NCBI RefSeq assembly: GCF_018977255.1
Contig: NW_024704742.1
Span: 19,718,001 to 19,782,000, forward strand
Source: Callorhinchus milii
Lineage: Eukaryota
Reading direction: 5' to 3'
DNA: 64,000 nucleotides
Of the stretch, positions 51,336 through 64,000 are shown piece by piece (positions within the stretch are counted from its first letter, which is position 1; each line of letters begins with the position of its first letter). The notes under the pieces are model-generated. The model had not been told where the DNA came from, did not search any database, and was given only the letters and a program-made list of their open reading frames with translations. Both the position numbers and the translations under genes were made by a program.

Positions 51336-51652
51336 TATAATAATAATAATCCTTGCATTTGATATAGCGCTTTTCACGTCTTCTAGACGTCCCAAAGCGC
51401 TTCACAGAACACACTGTAAAGTGAATTGACTGTATATTTGTGGGCGAACGCGGCAGCCAATTGCGCACAGCAATGTCCCACAGACAGTCCTAGACTGAAA
51501 GTGACCAATTTATTATTGTTTTGTTTTGGAGGGATTATTATTAGGTGTGTGGGGTAAGGAAACTTGCCCAAGGTTTCGCCCTCTGCCTGGATTGAACTCA
51601 GGTCTCTCGCTTGCAAAGCGAGTGCTCTAACCACTGAGCTACAGGACTCCAC
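51336..51652 (-). mobile_element. tRNA-Ala SINE, short subfamily
   Basis: gtggagtcctgtagctcagtggttagagcactcgc-tttgcaa-gcgag head. Confidence 0.92.
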
Positions 51653-54486
51653 GTTGTGTTGAGACTAAGTGTGATTGTTAAATACCTTTGTGCTAAAGTA
51701 GGTGTATACAACACTCTGATGCTGCAGGTTACACAGAATTTTTGCTTTTAAGGAGCAGCAGGGAAAATAAGATTCCTAAACTCATATGGAAGGAAAGCAA
51801 CACAGATGATTGAGTGAATGGGGCAGAATTACTCAGAGGCAGCTGTTCCATCAGAACATTAGACCTAACAAAGAATCAATGCTTTGAAGGTCCCAAAGGA
51901 AACTGTCACTGAACTTTGTGATCTTCTCAGTAATGAGATTAAAACATGGCATAACCTAAGTACACCCCTGCATCTTGAGGAATTGTCATGCATCTAATTC
52001 CTTCCAAGGTATTATTATAGGTAGCATTGTGTAATTGGTCGTGTGCTCAGCTATTCATCGATTTATCAGTATGGTAAGCCAGTCAAATACATTATATTCA
52101 TGAAAAAAATCCACCATTAAATTGACAGCAAACAATTTTCAAATAACTACTGGATTTCCATGATTCCATGGACTGTTTACATGCAGGAATTTGTACACCA
52201 ACTTGAAACCTGATGGCATACTTGAACAGAAAAGTCTATTTTAACTCAATGAATGCTGTAGCAGTAGTGACACCAACGGAAACTTTTTCATCTAAAAGTT
52301 GATATTCTATACTTTGTGACTGCATTGTACATGTATATGTGCATCTTTTTATTGCAAATTGTTTTGAAGGCCTTGAAAGGCATCAAGAGTGGATCATTTA
52401 TAATATAGAATATGCTGATAGAGCTGCTTCTCAGAAATGAATGCTGAAAGGCCAGTAATAAGTTACTTATACAAATCGGAGCTCTGATAGAGGGTGTCTT
52501 TACTGTATTAAGTCATGAGAGAAGACAACTTAGAGAGGTGTGTAAGATTTTATACTTGATTGAAAAAATATACCTAAAATAATACTTTAGAATGGAGCAA
52601 AGCAAGAACATGTGGACACAATTTCAAGACAAATACCAAAAGGTTTTTCTTCATTCACAGGGTAATTAATGACTGAAACAGTTTGCTAGGAAGCGTAGTT
52701 GAGGCCAGAACAGTGGACGCGCATAAAAACCAGCTCGATGCAGCGATGGGGTATGGTATGGTGGGTGTTCTATTAAGATGAGATCAGATGGGCTGAAGGA
52801 TCTTTTTCATCCAAACCGATCTTTGATCAAAGCAGTTTTCCATTGCTTGGAACCCATGGGCATTACACTGTCTGCAAAGCATAATCTCAGGGTCATGGGT
52901 TCAACCTCCATGTCAAACAACTCTTCAGTTATCAGCACCGGCACACAGGGCTGAATGGTTTCCTCGGTGCTGTCACTATTATGATTCTACTACGAAAGTT
53001 ATAATTCCTAACCACATCAACATAGGTCTCCATTAAATCCTATGACAAGCTGTGGTTGAAAAGACTGAAATGGGTGTGAGTGATCGCTACTCTGAGTGAG
53101 AAAGATTGATTAGCAGGATGCTTGCAGGCAAATATGACTGGAGCTCATTACCTAACATGCTGGAAGTCCCTTTTGTTTATAAACATTGATCTACTAAAAC
53201 GTAGTGCCCAATCTGAGAAAGAGCTCATTTATCCATCACATATAAAGAATAAACATATTATTAGTTATTCTAAAAATTGTTATTAATATTTGTTGATGAT
53301 AAACCTTGCTTTTGATATAGCGCCCTATCACATCAGTGAGACGTCTCAAAGTGCTTCACGGAATATACTCTCAAGTGAATTGACTGCATATTTTGAGGGC
53401 GAAATGTGGCAACCGATTGCGCACAGCAGTGTCCCACAGTCATGGATTGAGTGGCCAAATCATTTTTTTGGAGGCCTTATTGCCCCTCCAAAATTATTAT
53501 GATTATTATTTGTGACCATAAAGTTATAACTTGTTTAAAACATAACTTATTATCTTCAGCAGAATTGAGATTGCTGACCTATTCTGTATAGTTTTGTCTC
53601 GTCAACCTAAAAACATGCTGTGAGTTTAGGTGCTGTGTCACTGCTCCCCTCTTTGACTGTCATCCTTGGAGAAGAGGTAGCCATGGACTTCTTGGAGCTG
53701 AGTTGGCTGGGCTGTAGGCCAGTTCCCCACGAGTGTTTGTGGGACACTGCTCTTCGTAATTGGCTGCCCACCAAACACACAGTCACTACATTTTACAATG
53801 TATCCCATGAAACGCTTTGAGACATCCCAAAGACATGATAAGGTGCTATATCAAATGCAAGGAATATTCTATATTATTATTTTGCTGGAATTAACTCTTG
53901 TTGCAACTCACATTTTAGTTCCTATTGTGGAGGTCTGTTCAGAGAGCTCCATTTCCATGAGCTAATAATTGCCAATAGGAACAAAATTCTCAGAGCTTGA
54001 TCCACCCTCTGGACCTTTATTTGGACTTTCAGAAAGCTTCCTCAGAGTGACCTTGCAGCACATGGCTGACCTTGCACGTTGGTGACCTTGCATATTGCAA
54101 AAATGGCCTTTTCATTGCATGAACATCAAAATCTGCTTCCTGTTTAGTTCAGAGAGTTGAGTTCTCCTGGTCGTCTCCACTACCCGATGAACTGACAACC
54201 TTCACCAGTGGGCAACGTGGCTCACTCTTCACCTACTTCTACACCATCTTTGTGCATCTATTTTACTGTCACAGTATTCTTCTGATAGTGTGAGCATCTT
54301 GTTCTATAGGCGGGTGAGGCAGGCTCTGTGAGCTGCTGCCGCGTGTCCTGGACACCAGCATTAGCTGGTTCCTGTGGTAGCATCACAATCTGAATATAGT
54401 AAAATTATTCAACACATCCATGTACATTTAACAGCATGCTGAGTGTAACATAATACCTGTATTTTCTTTTGATATTTTTCACATTC

Positions 54487-54571
54487 AGACACCAACCGTA
54501 CTGGCCAGTATGGTAATGTTGACTACAATACTGACTCAACATTACCATACTCTCCAGTATGGTTGGTGTCT
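54487..54571. repeat. 85-nt near-perfect inverted repeat (36-bp arms, 13-nt loop)
   Basis: Arms 54487-54522 and 54536-54571, with 33 of 36 positions complementary. Confidence 0.95.
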
Positions 54572-55279
54572 TCTCCTAACTCAGCAACCACATTCCCTCC
54601 AAACTTTCCTGGTAAAACATAGGCACTAAAGCTTCCCTCCCCTGGAGCTGTGTTGTCGAGACTCAAAGGTCAGCCGGGCAAGAGGGGGTGGATGCTGTTT
54701 GTCTTCTACTCTGGTTATTACATGCCAGTTTAGGTTATGGACAAAATAATAACTTTGTTGTGCAGTGTTCCATTATGAGCTGCTTTTGACAACAATTATT
54801 TTAGCTTCAAGGATATTTACGTTATTTATGAAAACTATTTGGCTATGTTTTGAAGCTTGGTTGCACAATGACTATTATTGAGCTTACATTTGCCAAGGTA
54901 CAGCAAACACCACTGACGCCTTTCATTCATCTACTGCCCATTCTTCGTGGAAGCATCATTTACGTGCATTCAATGGGCATTACACATAGCAGAGCAATGC
55001 ATTTTGTTCACATTTCAATGATGGAAGTGCTACACGTACATACACGTCAGTGCTTCACATCGTCAGTAGATTTGAAGGGACCCAAGAGATGATTGCCAAA
55101 TTTGTTTGGGTCATCATGGCCATAGAGTGAGTTTCATGTAAGAGTGCTGCATATTTTAAACACACGGAAATTTGATTTCACACAGATAGTGAATGGGTAA
55201 GTATATCACTTTGTGCCACGTACTCTTACAGATTTATATTCGCCCACAAAATACAGTAACATCCTTTTGCAGTATATCC

Positions 55280-55576
55280 TGTTACATTTTATATAACACT
55301 TTTCACCTCTTCTAGATGTCTCAAAGCACTTCATAGAACATACTGTAAAGTGAATTGACTGTATATTTTGTGGGCAAAACACAGCAGCCAATTGTGCACA
55401 GCAGTGTCCCACAAACAGTTGTGGATTGATTGACCAAATTATTCTTTTTTTCTTGAAGAATTATTATCAGGCATGTGGAGTAAGTAAACTTGCCCAACGT
55501 TTCGCCCTGCTGGGGATCAAACCCAAGTCTCTCGCTTGCGAGGCAAATGCTCTAACCACTGAGCTACAGGACTCCG
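55280..55576 (-). mobile_element. tRNA-Ala SINE, short subfamily
   Basis: Same internal deletion junction (catgcctgataat). Confidence 0.9.
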
Positions 55577-57324
55577 CTTACATTGTTATATTTTTAGTAT
55601 GCCTCTTCTTCATCTCTCCTAACATGGTGACAGGTTTCACATAGGGGTAAAACATCACCTTACACCCTTTTCCTCACCGACATGGTAGGGATTTGTCTTT
55701 TGGCCACAAAAGCATCCCCCTTATTTGCTGTTACACTGTCCATTAATGCCCTCTCAGCCGCTCCTGGAAATCAGGCTTAAAAATTCTGGTGCTCCTCCAC
55801 CTGCACTTCAGCATTTCCTACAGCACAACGGTTTTGCCAATTACATGCACTATTTATGTAACAGAAGATACGGTTAGTTGAGAAACTTATAATTTATAAT
55901 TGGCATACATAACCCATTGACTCATTTTTTTTAACTCCAACAATAAGTGTGAGGTTATAATCCATAACTCTCACTGGTGGCAGCACCAGACAAAGGGGAA
56001 TGGAATCGACGACGTGATAAGGCGCTATATCAAATGAGGATTATTATTATTATTATCATCATCCCAAGCATTTGTATTTAATTGGTTGAAATGCTAAAGT
56101 TTGAACAGTGCCTTGGGACATCCTCCCGATGTGGAAGGTGCTATACAAATGTAATTTTGTATTGTAGTTATTTTACAATATTTGCATTATATACTCTGCT
56201 ATTATTTATTCATTCCACTCATTTCTGAATTACTCACTGAAGGCAGAATACCGTTTGCATGAATTTACTGCAGTGAGAGAGGTGAAAAAACACCTTAATG
56301 TTTGTAAAAGATCTAATGTTAAAATTATCAGTTAACTCTCTTGAATACAATGAAAGACGCTTGGTTTGTGCAAATATAGTGGTTGGTGGGCGAACGGGGA
56401 GCGGCTCATTTGAAGCATCATTGACTGGAACACAGAGATAAATGTTGATGAACCTCAGCCACGTTCTTACAAAATGGGTTGTATCTCTTGAGAATAAAGC
56501 ATAGGACCCAAGACGCCAGCTCTTTCTTCAACAGAATAAGAATTTGTAGAAGAAAGGAAAATATATGAAAAGATAGATGTACTTGAAAGTACTTCTAGAC
56601 AGAATAAACTGTGTTTTATTGGCTTTCATCCAGGCTAGAAGTGAAACAATGTGCAAGATTTCATCTTGTTTCAGCAGTTCAATCTTCTTAAGAAGACTCT
56701 AATTGGGACAAACTGAGCTTATAGCATGCTTAGGTCAAGACCCTAAAGGTATGGAAGTCCTGAAGGGGCTATCTTTTAAAAAACCAACGAGGCATCCGCA
56801 CACGTTAAGAGCCTTCCAGTAATGATTAGTAATACTGAGAATGCTGTTTCAATATATTTCAGAATTTCTCCCTTAACTCTCTGGAGAGATGGGTTGCATT
56901 ACAATGAGATTTAAAAGAAAGTCAAGATGTTTGTGTTCTCTCATGCAATCAGCTCTTGAAGCTGGCTCTATAACATGAAGCTGCCTCCTAAAGATGCCAC
57001 TCAAAATGTTCAATCTGCTTTAATATTTTGAACCCAAGCTAAATGATGTCTCGTCAGAAGCTATTTATACTCTATCAATCTGCCCACAAAACAGTACACT
57101 TGACAGTAATTACTGTTCAACACTTTGAGAAGTTTTAATGGGAAAAGGGTGTTTTCAAAATGCATTTTTTTTCCTTTTTATTACAAGAGCTGCAGAAGTT
57201 ATAAATATACCTGGTGCAACATGATACATAAACCTTGAACTGGCTGTCAATTAATAAAGACAGAAATATCCAATGCATATTTACAAAAGTCTGCAGTTTA
57301 GGTCAAACAGACCAGGAATACCAG

Positions 57325-58220
57325 GAAGTTCAACACAAGCTCAAAGAACAGCACTTCATCCACCTAAGCACTTTACAGCCCTCTGGCCTCAACATTGATT
57401 TCAACCACTTCAGACCTTAACCACAGCTGCCATCTTCTCTCAGCCTTGCGTCCCCCTACCCAACCCCTCCCCTTTCCTATAACGATTAACACATCCTCTG
57501 GTTCTTAGCCGCATCTGTTCGCCTTTTCTATTCCCTCCACAGGCTGCAGATCATCTAGAAGTCTGCAGCCCGCGTCCTCTCTCGCACTAGGCTCCGTGAC
57601 CCTATCACCCCCATCCTTGCCCAACTCCACTGGCTTCCCATCACACAGAGCTTACAGTTCAAGATCCTGGTCCTCACCTTCAAACCCCTCCATGGACTTG
57701 CTCCTCCATACCTCTGTGACCTTCTACCCCCCGCCTCGCTTGCCCCACTATTGGCCTTCTGCCACTCTGCCCCCACCCTCTGGAACTCCATCCTGCAGTC
57801 TCTCTGCCTCGCCCCCTCCCTTGCCTTCTTCAAGACCTATCTCAAGAACCTCCTCTTCGACTGTGCTTTCGATTTCCCTGCTTCTCCCCCTGCCCTCCAC
57901 CCTCCCCGACCCCCAGCTCGGATCCGAAACTCTGTCTGTCCAGTGCCTTGGGGTGGCCTCCCAACGTTAAAGGTGGTATACAAATGTAATTTTGTTGTTG
58001 TTTTGTCTTTCACCATCAACACCTCTGACCTCATCTTCTGTCCTCCATCTAAAAATGTTTCCTTTTTCATTCCTCGCCCCTTTTTCATTCCCGCCCCCTT
58101 TTGTGCTTGTGTTCCCTTCCAACATCCCCCAGTTCTGCCGAAAGTTTAGAAACCTAAACTCATTTTCCTCTCTTCATAGATGCTGCCTGACCTGATGCAT
58201 GTTCCCAGTGACTTCTGTGC
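57325..58220 (+). mobile_element. Penelope-like element relic (GIY-YIG C-terminus plus terminal region)
   Basis: KLKEQHFIHLSTLQPSGLNIDF (the TL.P.GLN motif of PLE endonucleases); terminal atagatgctgcctgacctg as I recall from shark PLEs. Confidence 0.65.
57540..58005 (+). mobile_element. L2 3' fragment inserted in the Penelope-like relic
   Basis: LHWLP..FKIL..APTLWNS..FKTYLKNLLF; tail ending in ttgttgttg. Confidence 0.88.
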
Positions 58221-58759
58221 TCCATGCTGAGTTAGTCAGTTAGTTAGTTAATGTCAGTCATGCCCACAGCAAGTGGTATCATTATCCATGGGCTAGGGGG
58301 GTGGTGAATCAACAATGATGATATAATTATTGCCAATGTTAATTACCACATCACGTTGTCCATTTTCCCCCGATAGAAAGAAAACATACTGAAGGGCTGC
58401 CTCATCATAAGGTATGTACTGTCCTTCAGATAAGATAAGCAAAAACTGACCTCATGTCTATCTGTTCAGGTAGATATCAAAGATTCCATGACACTTTTCA
58501 AAAATAAGTTTCCTGTGATGTCCTTGTCAATAATTCTGTGGATTAATTGGTCATTCACCTCATGGCTATTTCTGGGACCATGTTGTGCACATAATAGCTA
58601 CTGCATTTACCACAAATATAAATTCACTTGAAGTGAGTGCAATTCCCTGTAGAGTCCTTTACAGCATTTCAATGTTAGTTACTGTAACAAATGTAAATGC
58701 ATCATAATTATTATAAAAAAGTGACTTTTACACATTTTAATAATTGGCGAACTGTGTAC

Positions 58760-58989
58760 CTTGATTTGCATGTTACTTAGGAGATTTGCTTTGTTTAGTT
58801 CGTAAACTAGAGGCAATCCCCAGCCAATCTCTCCCACATAGGTGTGTCTGGGTCTCATGGGTGAAGTTCCTGTGGCAGAACGGTACAAGTAGCTCAAATC
58901 TCCAGTTCCTTCATAAGCTGCACTTGTCTCCCCAATGTAGTGAGGAAAGTCAGAGTGCTTTGTTCTGAAATCACTTTTGCTATCAGGTC
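58760..58989 (-). CDS. SPMIP2: SPMIP2/C4orf45 coding exon 2 (230 bp)
   Basis: GPDSKSDFR...YIGE...[11 protein letters not shown]...YVGEIGWG...QIK, resembling human GPDY..YVGE..EKTGDLRYLWR..YVSEIGW..HIK; ttttcccag|...|gtacac; synteny with FNIP2. Confidence 0.9.
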
Positions 58990-59164
58990 CTGGGAAAAGA
59001 AAAAAAATACAGTCTAATGAAAATGAAACCAGGGAGGAATATTGATTAGTACACAAATGTTAGGCTAATGTTTACATTTATAGAGAAATGCAGAGAAATT
59101 TCAACAATTGGAGAGGGACGAAAAGGATAAAATTAAAGGAGGAAAGAAAGAAAAAAAAAGGATA

Positions 59165-61130
59165 TGGGTGATCAGCTCACGGAGCTTGGTGCGGGGGAGG
59201 ACACGAGCTGCAAAGTTCTAAATAATCTGCAGTTTATGGAGGGAAGAGTTGGGAAGTCTGATGAGCAGGGAGATGGTATAGTTGAGTCTGGAAGTAATGA
59301 AAGCATAGATGAGGGTTTCAGTCGCCTGAGCGGAGAGGTAATGGCAGAGGCGGGCAATGTTACGGAGGTGGGAGAAGGCAGAACGGGATCATGTGTGATT
59401 TAATGGACACCAAGATTCTGTAGTGTCTCGGTGAGGTGGAGTGTGCATCCATGAATAGCAATGCTGTCAGTACCTGAGGTGAGGAGGCATTGATGAGAGT
59501 GTCCTCTGTCTTGTCGACATTCAACTAGAGAAAGTTGACTCTCATCCAGAACTTGATGTCTGACAGACAATACATCAGGACTGCAGTGGTCATGGAATCG
59601 AGGGTGTAGGCAGAGAGATATAGGTGGATGACATCCACATACATGTGGAAGTTAACCCCATGCCTGTGGGGTGATATCACTGAATGTAAATATTAAAGAG
59701 GAGAGGACCAAGAACAGGGCCCTAAGGAACGTGTCACAGTGCTAGGGCTGGAGGAGAAGCTGTTAGCAGACACAAAGTGGAAAGACAAAGAAGATGGGAA
59801 AGGTCAGAGTGACACCGGACAAGGACAGAGCCATGAAGGTGGAGCTGAGGAGAGATAGTGGAGAAAAATAGTGCTCAACAGGGTCAAAAGTGGCAGAGAA
59901 ATCAAGAAGCTTGAGACAGAAACTTGTCACAGATGAACAAAATGTAATTTGTAATATTGAATGAGACTGTCTCCGTGCTGTGGGCAGCACAGAAACCAGA
60001 TTGAAGGGATTCATAGAGGGAGTGGCGAGAGGAAAGAGTGAAGCAACAACTCATTCCAGGACCTTGGAGGGTTGGAGATGGGACAGTAGTTAAAGAACAG
60101 AGAGGGATTTTTTTGAGTGTGTGGATGATGACAACTGTTTCTAAGAAGACGGGAAGGGTACCAGAGAGAGGTTACAGTGTCTATTAGTAGGAGATGGAGC
60201 TGGGAGTTAAGGAGAGGTAAGGACGGGGTCAAGGGAGCAGGTGCTTAGCTTCATTTGGGAAATTATGGAGGTGAAGGATGAGGGGGAGATGGGATCAAAA
60301 GTGTGGAAGGAGGGATAGTTGGATGCCGGAGGAAGAGAGAAAGGTGGGAAAGCAGTGGCAGTGGCAGAGGTAGCAGAATAGATCCCCTTAATTTTGGACT
60401 CAAGGAAATGCATAACCTCCTAACATTTGGAGTAAGAGGAGAGGATGGGTGAAGCATGGAAAGGTAGATGGAGGAGTTGGCTTGTGGTGGAGAACAGGGG
60501 CCTTGGGTTGTCCTTGGCCTCCAGGATTGGAAGGATATTGAATCCTTGGAGTAGAAAGACCATTTAATTGAGGTGAGAGTGGAGCGGTGGGGTTTGATGT
60601 GCTCCAGACAGCTCTAGCGATTAGGTTTGAGCCCAATGCCGGGGCACACACTGGTGACTTGAGGGAGCTAAGGTGGCTGGTGTACCAGGGGGTCTTGCAG
60701 GAGTAGGATGCAGTCCGGGAGGTGGTGAGGACAAGGCTGTCAAGGATAACAGGGGGGAGCTGTGGAGAAGAGTGACCGAGGAAGTAAGGTCTTTACGGGA
60801 GGGGCATCAGATCAGATGCCTCTTTGGAGACAAGGAAGGAGTGGGGGGGATTTTTTTCTCAGACGCAATAGGAGATAGAAGTGGATTGGTCTGCAGGGAG
60901 TGGGATGGAGGAGTTATGGGAGATTAACTAATGGTCTGAGATGACTTTATCAGTGATGGTGATGTCCGAGCTGGTGAGGTCCCGGCTAATTATCAGGTCG
61001 AGACAGTGCCCCGTGGATGTGAGAGGTGGAGTTAACGTGGAGGGACAGGCTGTGAGAGGAGAGGAAGGAGAAGTCAGCAGAGGTGGAGCAGGAAAGGGGT
61101 GAAGTGGAGGTTAGAGTCGCCGCGAGCACA
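59165..61130 (-). mobile_element. Degraded L2 relic
   Basis: RT remnants (LLDFSATFD, GVNFHMY) and APE remnants. Confidence 0.82.
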
Positions 61131-61527
61131 TTCTCCAGAAAGGTCTCTCGGTGGTTCTGTCACGGCTGTTTGTTTCAGGGTGACTGAACTCGCTGTGGCC
61201 GCTGATCACTTACGAGCTACGTTTGTCAGTGTGGCCTCAATGGGAATTGGACACGCTCCCGATTATAAAGCCGTGAGTACAACTGACATTGGATCTGACA
61301 TAAAATGGATTAGCGTAAGAATTTCTAAGCAGTTAACTATACGTTTCTCTGGGTATTAAAAAAAAACCACCCAAAAAATGTAAATGATCAGCACCATTAA
61401 GGAACAAAATACAGTGTACATAATCTGGGATTTCCCCCCCCCCCCCTCAAAAAAAAAGAGTAAATAGAATTGATGTCTTCCTTGACCCAGTCAGAACCGG
61501 GGACCAAAGGTCAGCAAATGTGAGTCA

Positions 61528-62850
<1,323 letters not shown>

Positions 62851-62941
62851 GGGGGAGGGGGAGGGGAGTGAGGGGAGGGGGGCAGAGGGGAGGGAGGGGG
62901 GGCAGAGGGGAGGGAGGGAGGGCAAAGAGGAGGGGAGGAGG

Positions 62942-64000
62942 GCAGAGAGGAGGGGAGTGAGTGAGTGCAGAGAGGAGGGGAGTGAGTGAGTGCAGACAGG
63001 AGGGGAGTGAGTGAGTGCAGACAGGAGGGGAGTGAGTGAGTGCAGAGAGGAGGGGAGTGAGTGAGTGCAGAGAGGAGGGGAGTGAGTGAGTGCAGAGAGG
63101 AGGGGAGTGAGTGAGTGCAGAGAGGAGGGGAGTGAGTGAGTGCAGAGAGGAGGGGAGTGAGTGCAGAGAGGAGGGGAGTGAGTGAGTGCAGAGAGGAGGG
63201 GAGTGAGTGAGTGCAGAGAGGAGGGGAGTGAGTGAGTGCAGAGAGGAGGGGAGTGAGTGAGTGCAGAGAGGAGGGGAGTGAGTGCAGAGAGGAGGGGAGT
63301 GAGTGCAAAGAGGAGGGGAGTGAGTGCAGAAAGGAGGGGAGTGAGTGCAGAGAGGAGGGGAGTGAGTGAGTGCAGAGAGGAGGGGAGTGAGTGCAGAGAG
63401 GAGGGGAGTGAGTGCAGAGAGGAGGGGAGTGAATGCAGAGAGGGGAGTGAGTGAGTGCAGAGAGGAGGGGAGTGAGTGCAGAGAGGAGGGGAGTGAGTGA
63501 GTGCAGAGAGGAGGGGAGTGAGTGAGTGCAGAGAGGAGGGGAGTGAGTGAGTGCAGAGAGGAGGGGAGTGAGTGAGTGAGTGCAGAGAGGAGGGGAGTGA
63601 GTGAGTGAGTGCAGAGAGGAGGGGAGTGAGTGAGTGCAGAGAGGAGGGGAGTGAGTGCAGAGAGGAGGGGAGTGAGTGAGTGAGTGAGTGCAGAGAGGAG
63701 GGGAGTGAGTGCAAAGAAGAGGGGAGTGAGTGCAGAGAAGAGGGGAGTGAGTGCAGAGAGGAGGGGAGTGAGTGAGTGCAGAGAGGAGGGGAGTGAGTGA
63801 GTGCAGAGAGGAGGGGAGTGAGTGAGTGCAGAGAGGAGGGGAGTGAGTGCAGAGTGGAGGGGAGTGAGTGAGTGCATAGAGGAGGGGAGTGAGTGGGTGC
63901 AGAGAAGAGGGGAGTGAGTGCAGAGAGGAGGGGAGTGAGTGAGTGAGTGAGTGAGTGAGTGAGTGAGTGAGTGCAGAGAGAAGGGGAGTGAGTGCAGAGA
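62942..64000 (+). repeat. Minisatellite GCAGAGAGGAGGG(GAGT)n, units mostly 21/25/29 bp, running off the window
   Basis: Roughly 40 tandem units with a variable GAGT count. Confidence 0.97.

Noticed and set aside
51575..51652. tRNA-Ala(TGC)-like sequence (also at 7695, 39881, 44150, 50666, 55576)
   Set aside because: These are SINE heads: each continues into the SINE body and tail, and there is no proper acceptor stem.
62942..64000. CRISPR-like regular repeat
   Set aside because: There are no unique spacers and no cas genes, and the context is eukaryotic; it is a minisatellite.

Overview
Vertebrate genomic DNA. The SINE/LINE repertoire points to a cartilaginous fish, probably a holocephalan (inference from repeat types). 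Plus strand: 17 coding exons (exons 2-18, 1930-28899; exon 1 is upstream of the window) of FNIP2. All introns are GT-AG with consistent phases, giving about 1154 codons, including a 96-bp symmetric cassette exon with an AMPK-type site. A long 3'UTR follows, with two candidate poly(A) sites (31964, 34536). Minus strand, convergent with FNIP2 as in human: SPMIP2/C4orf45, with three well-supported coding exons (62568-62490, 58989-58760, 50177-50119) and a probable terminal exon at about 36683-36540. Introns and intergenic DNA are packed with a tRNA-Ala-headed SINE, an older Deu-domain SINE, L2 and CR1 LINE fragments, a TA-flanked Tc1/mariner-type MITE and a Penelope-like relic, several of them nested. 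The window ends in a G-rich tract and a 21/25/29-bp minisatellite around the SPMIP2 promoter. I found no clear new multi-gene system. The best leads are an unexplained 85-nt miRNA-sized hairpin (54487-54571), inverted L2 copies flanking a frame-neutral exon pair (circRNA candidate), an inverted SINE pair in the 3'UTR that alternative polyadenylation could include or exclude, and a CLEAR/E-box plus CTCF cluster in FNIP2 intron 7. Repeat boundaries are approximate and all homology calls are from memory, not from searches.
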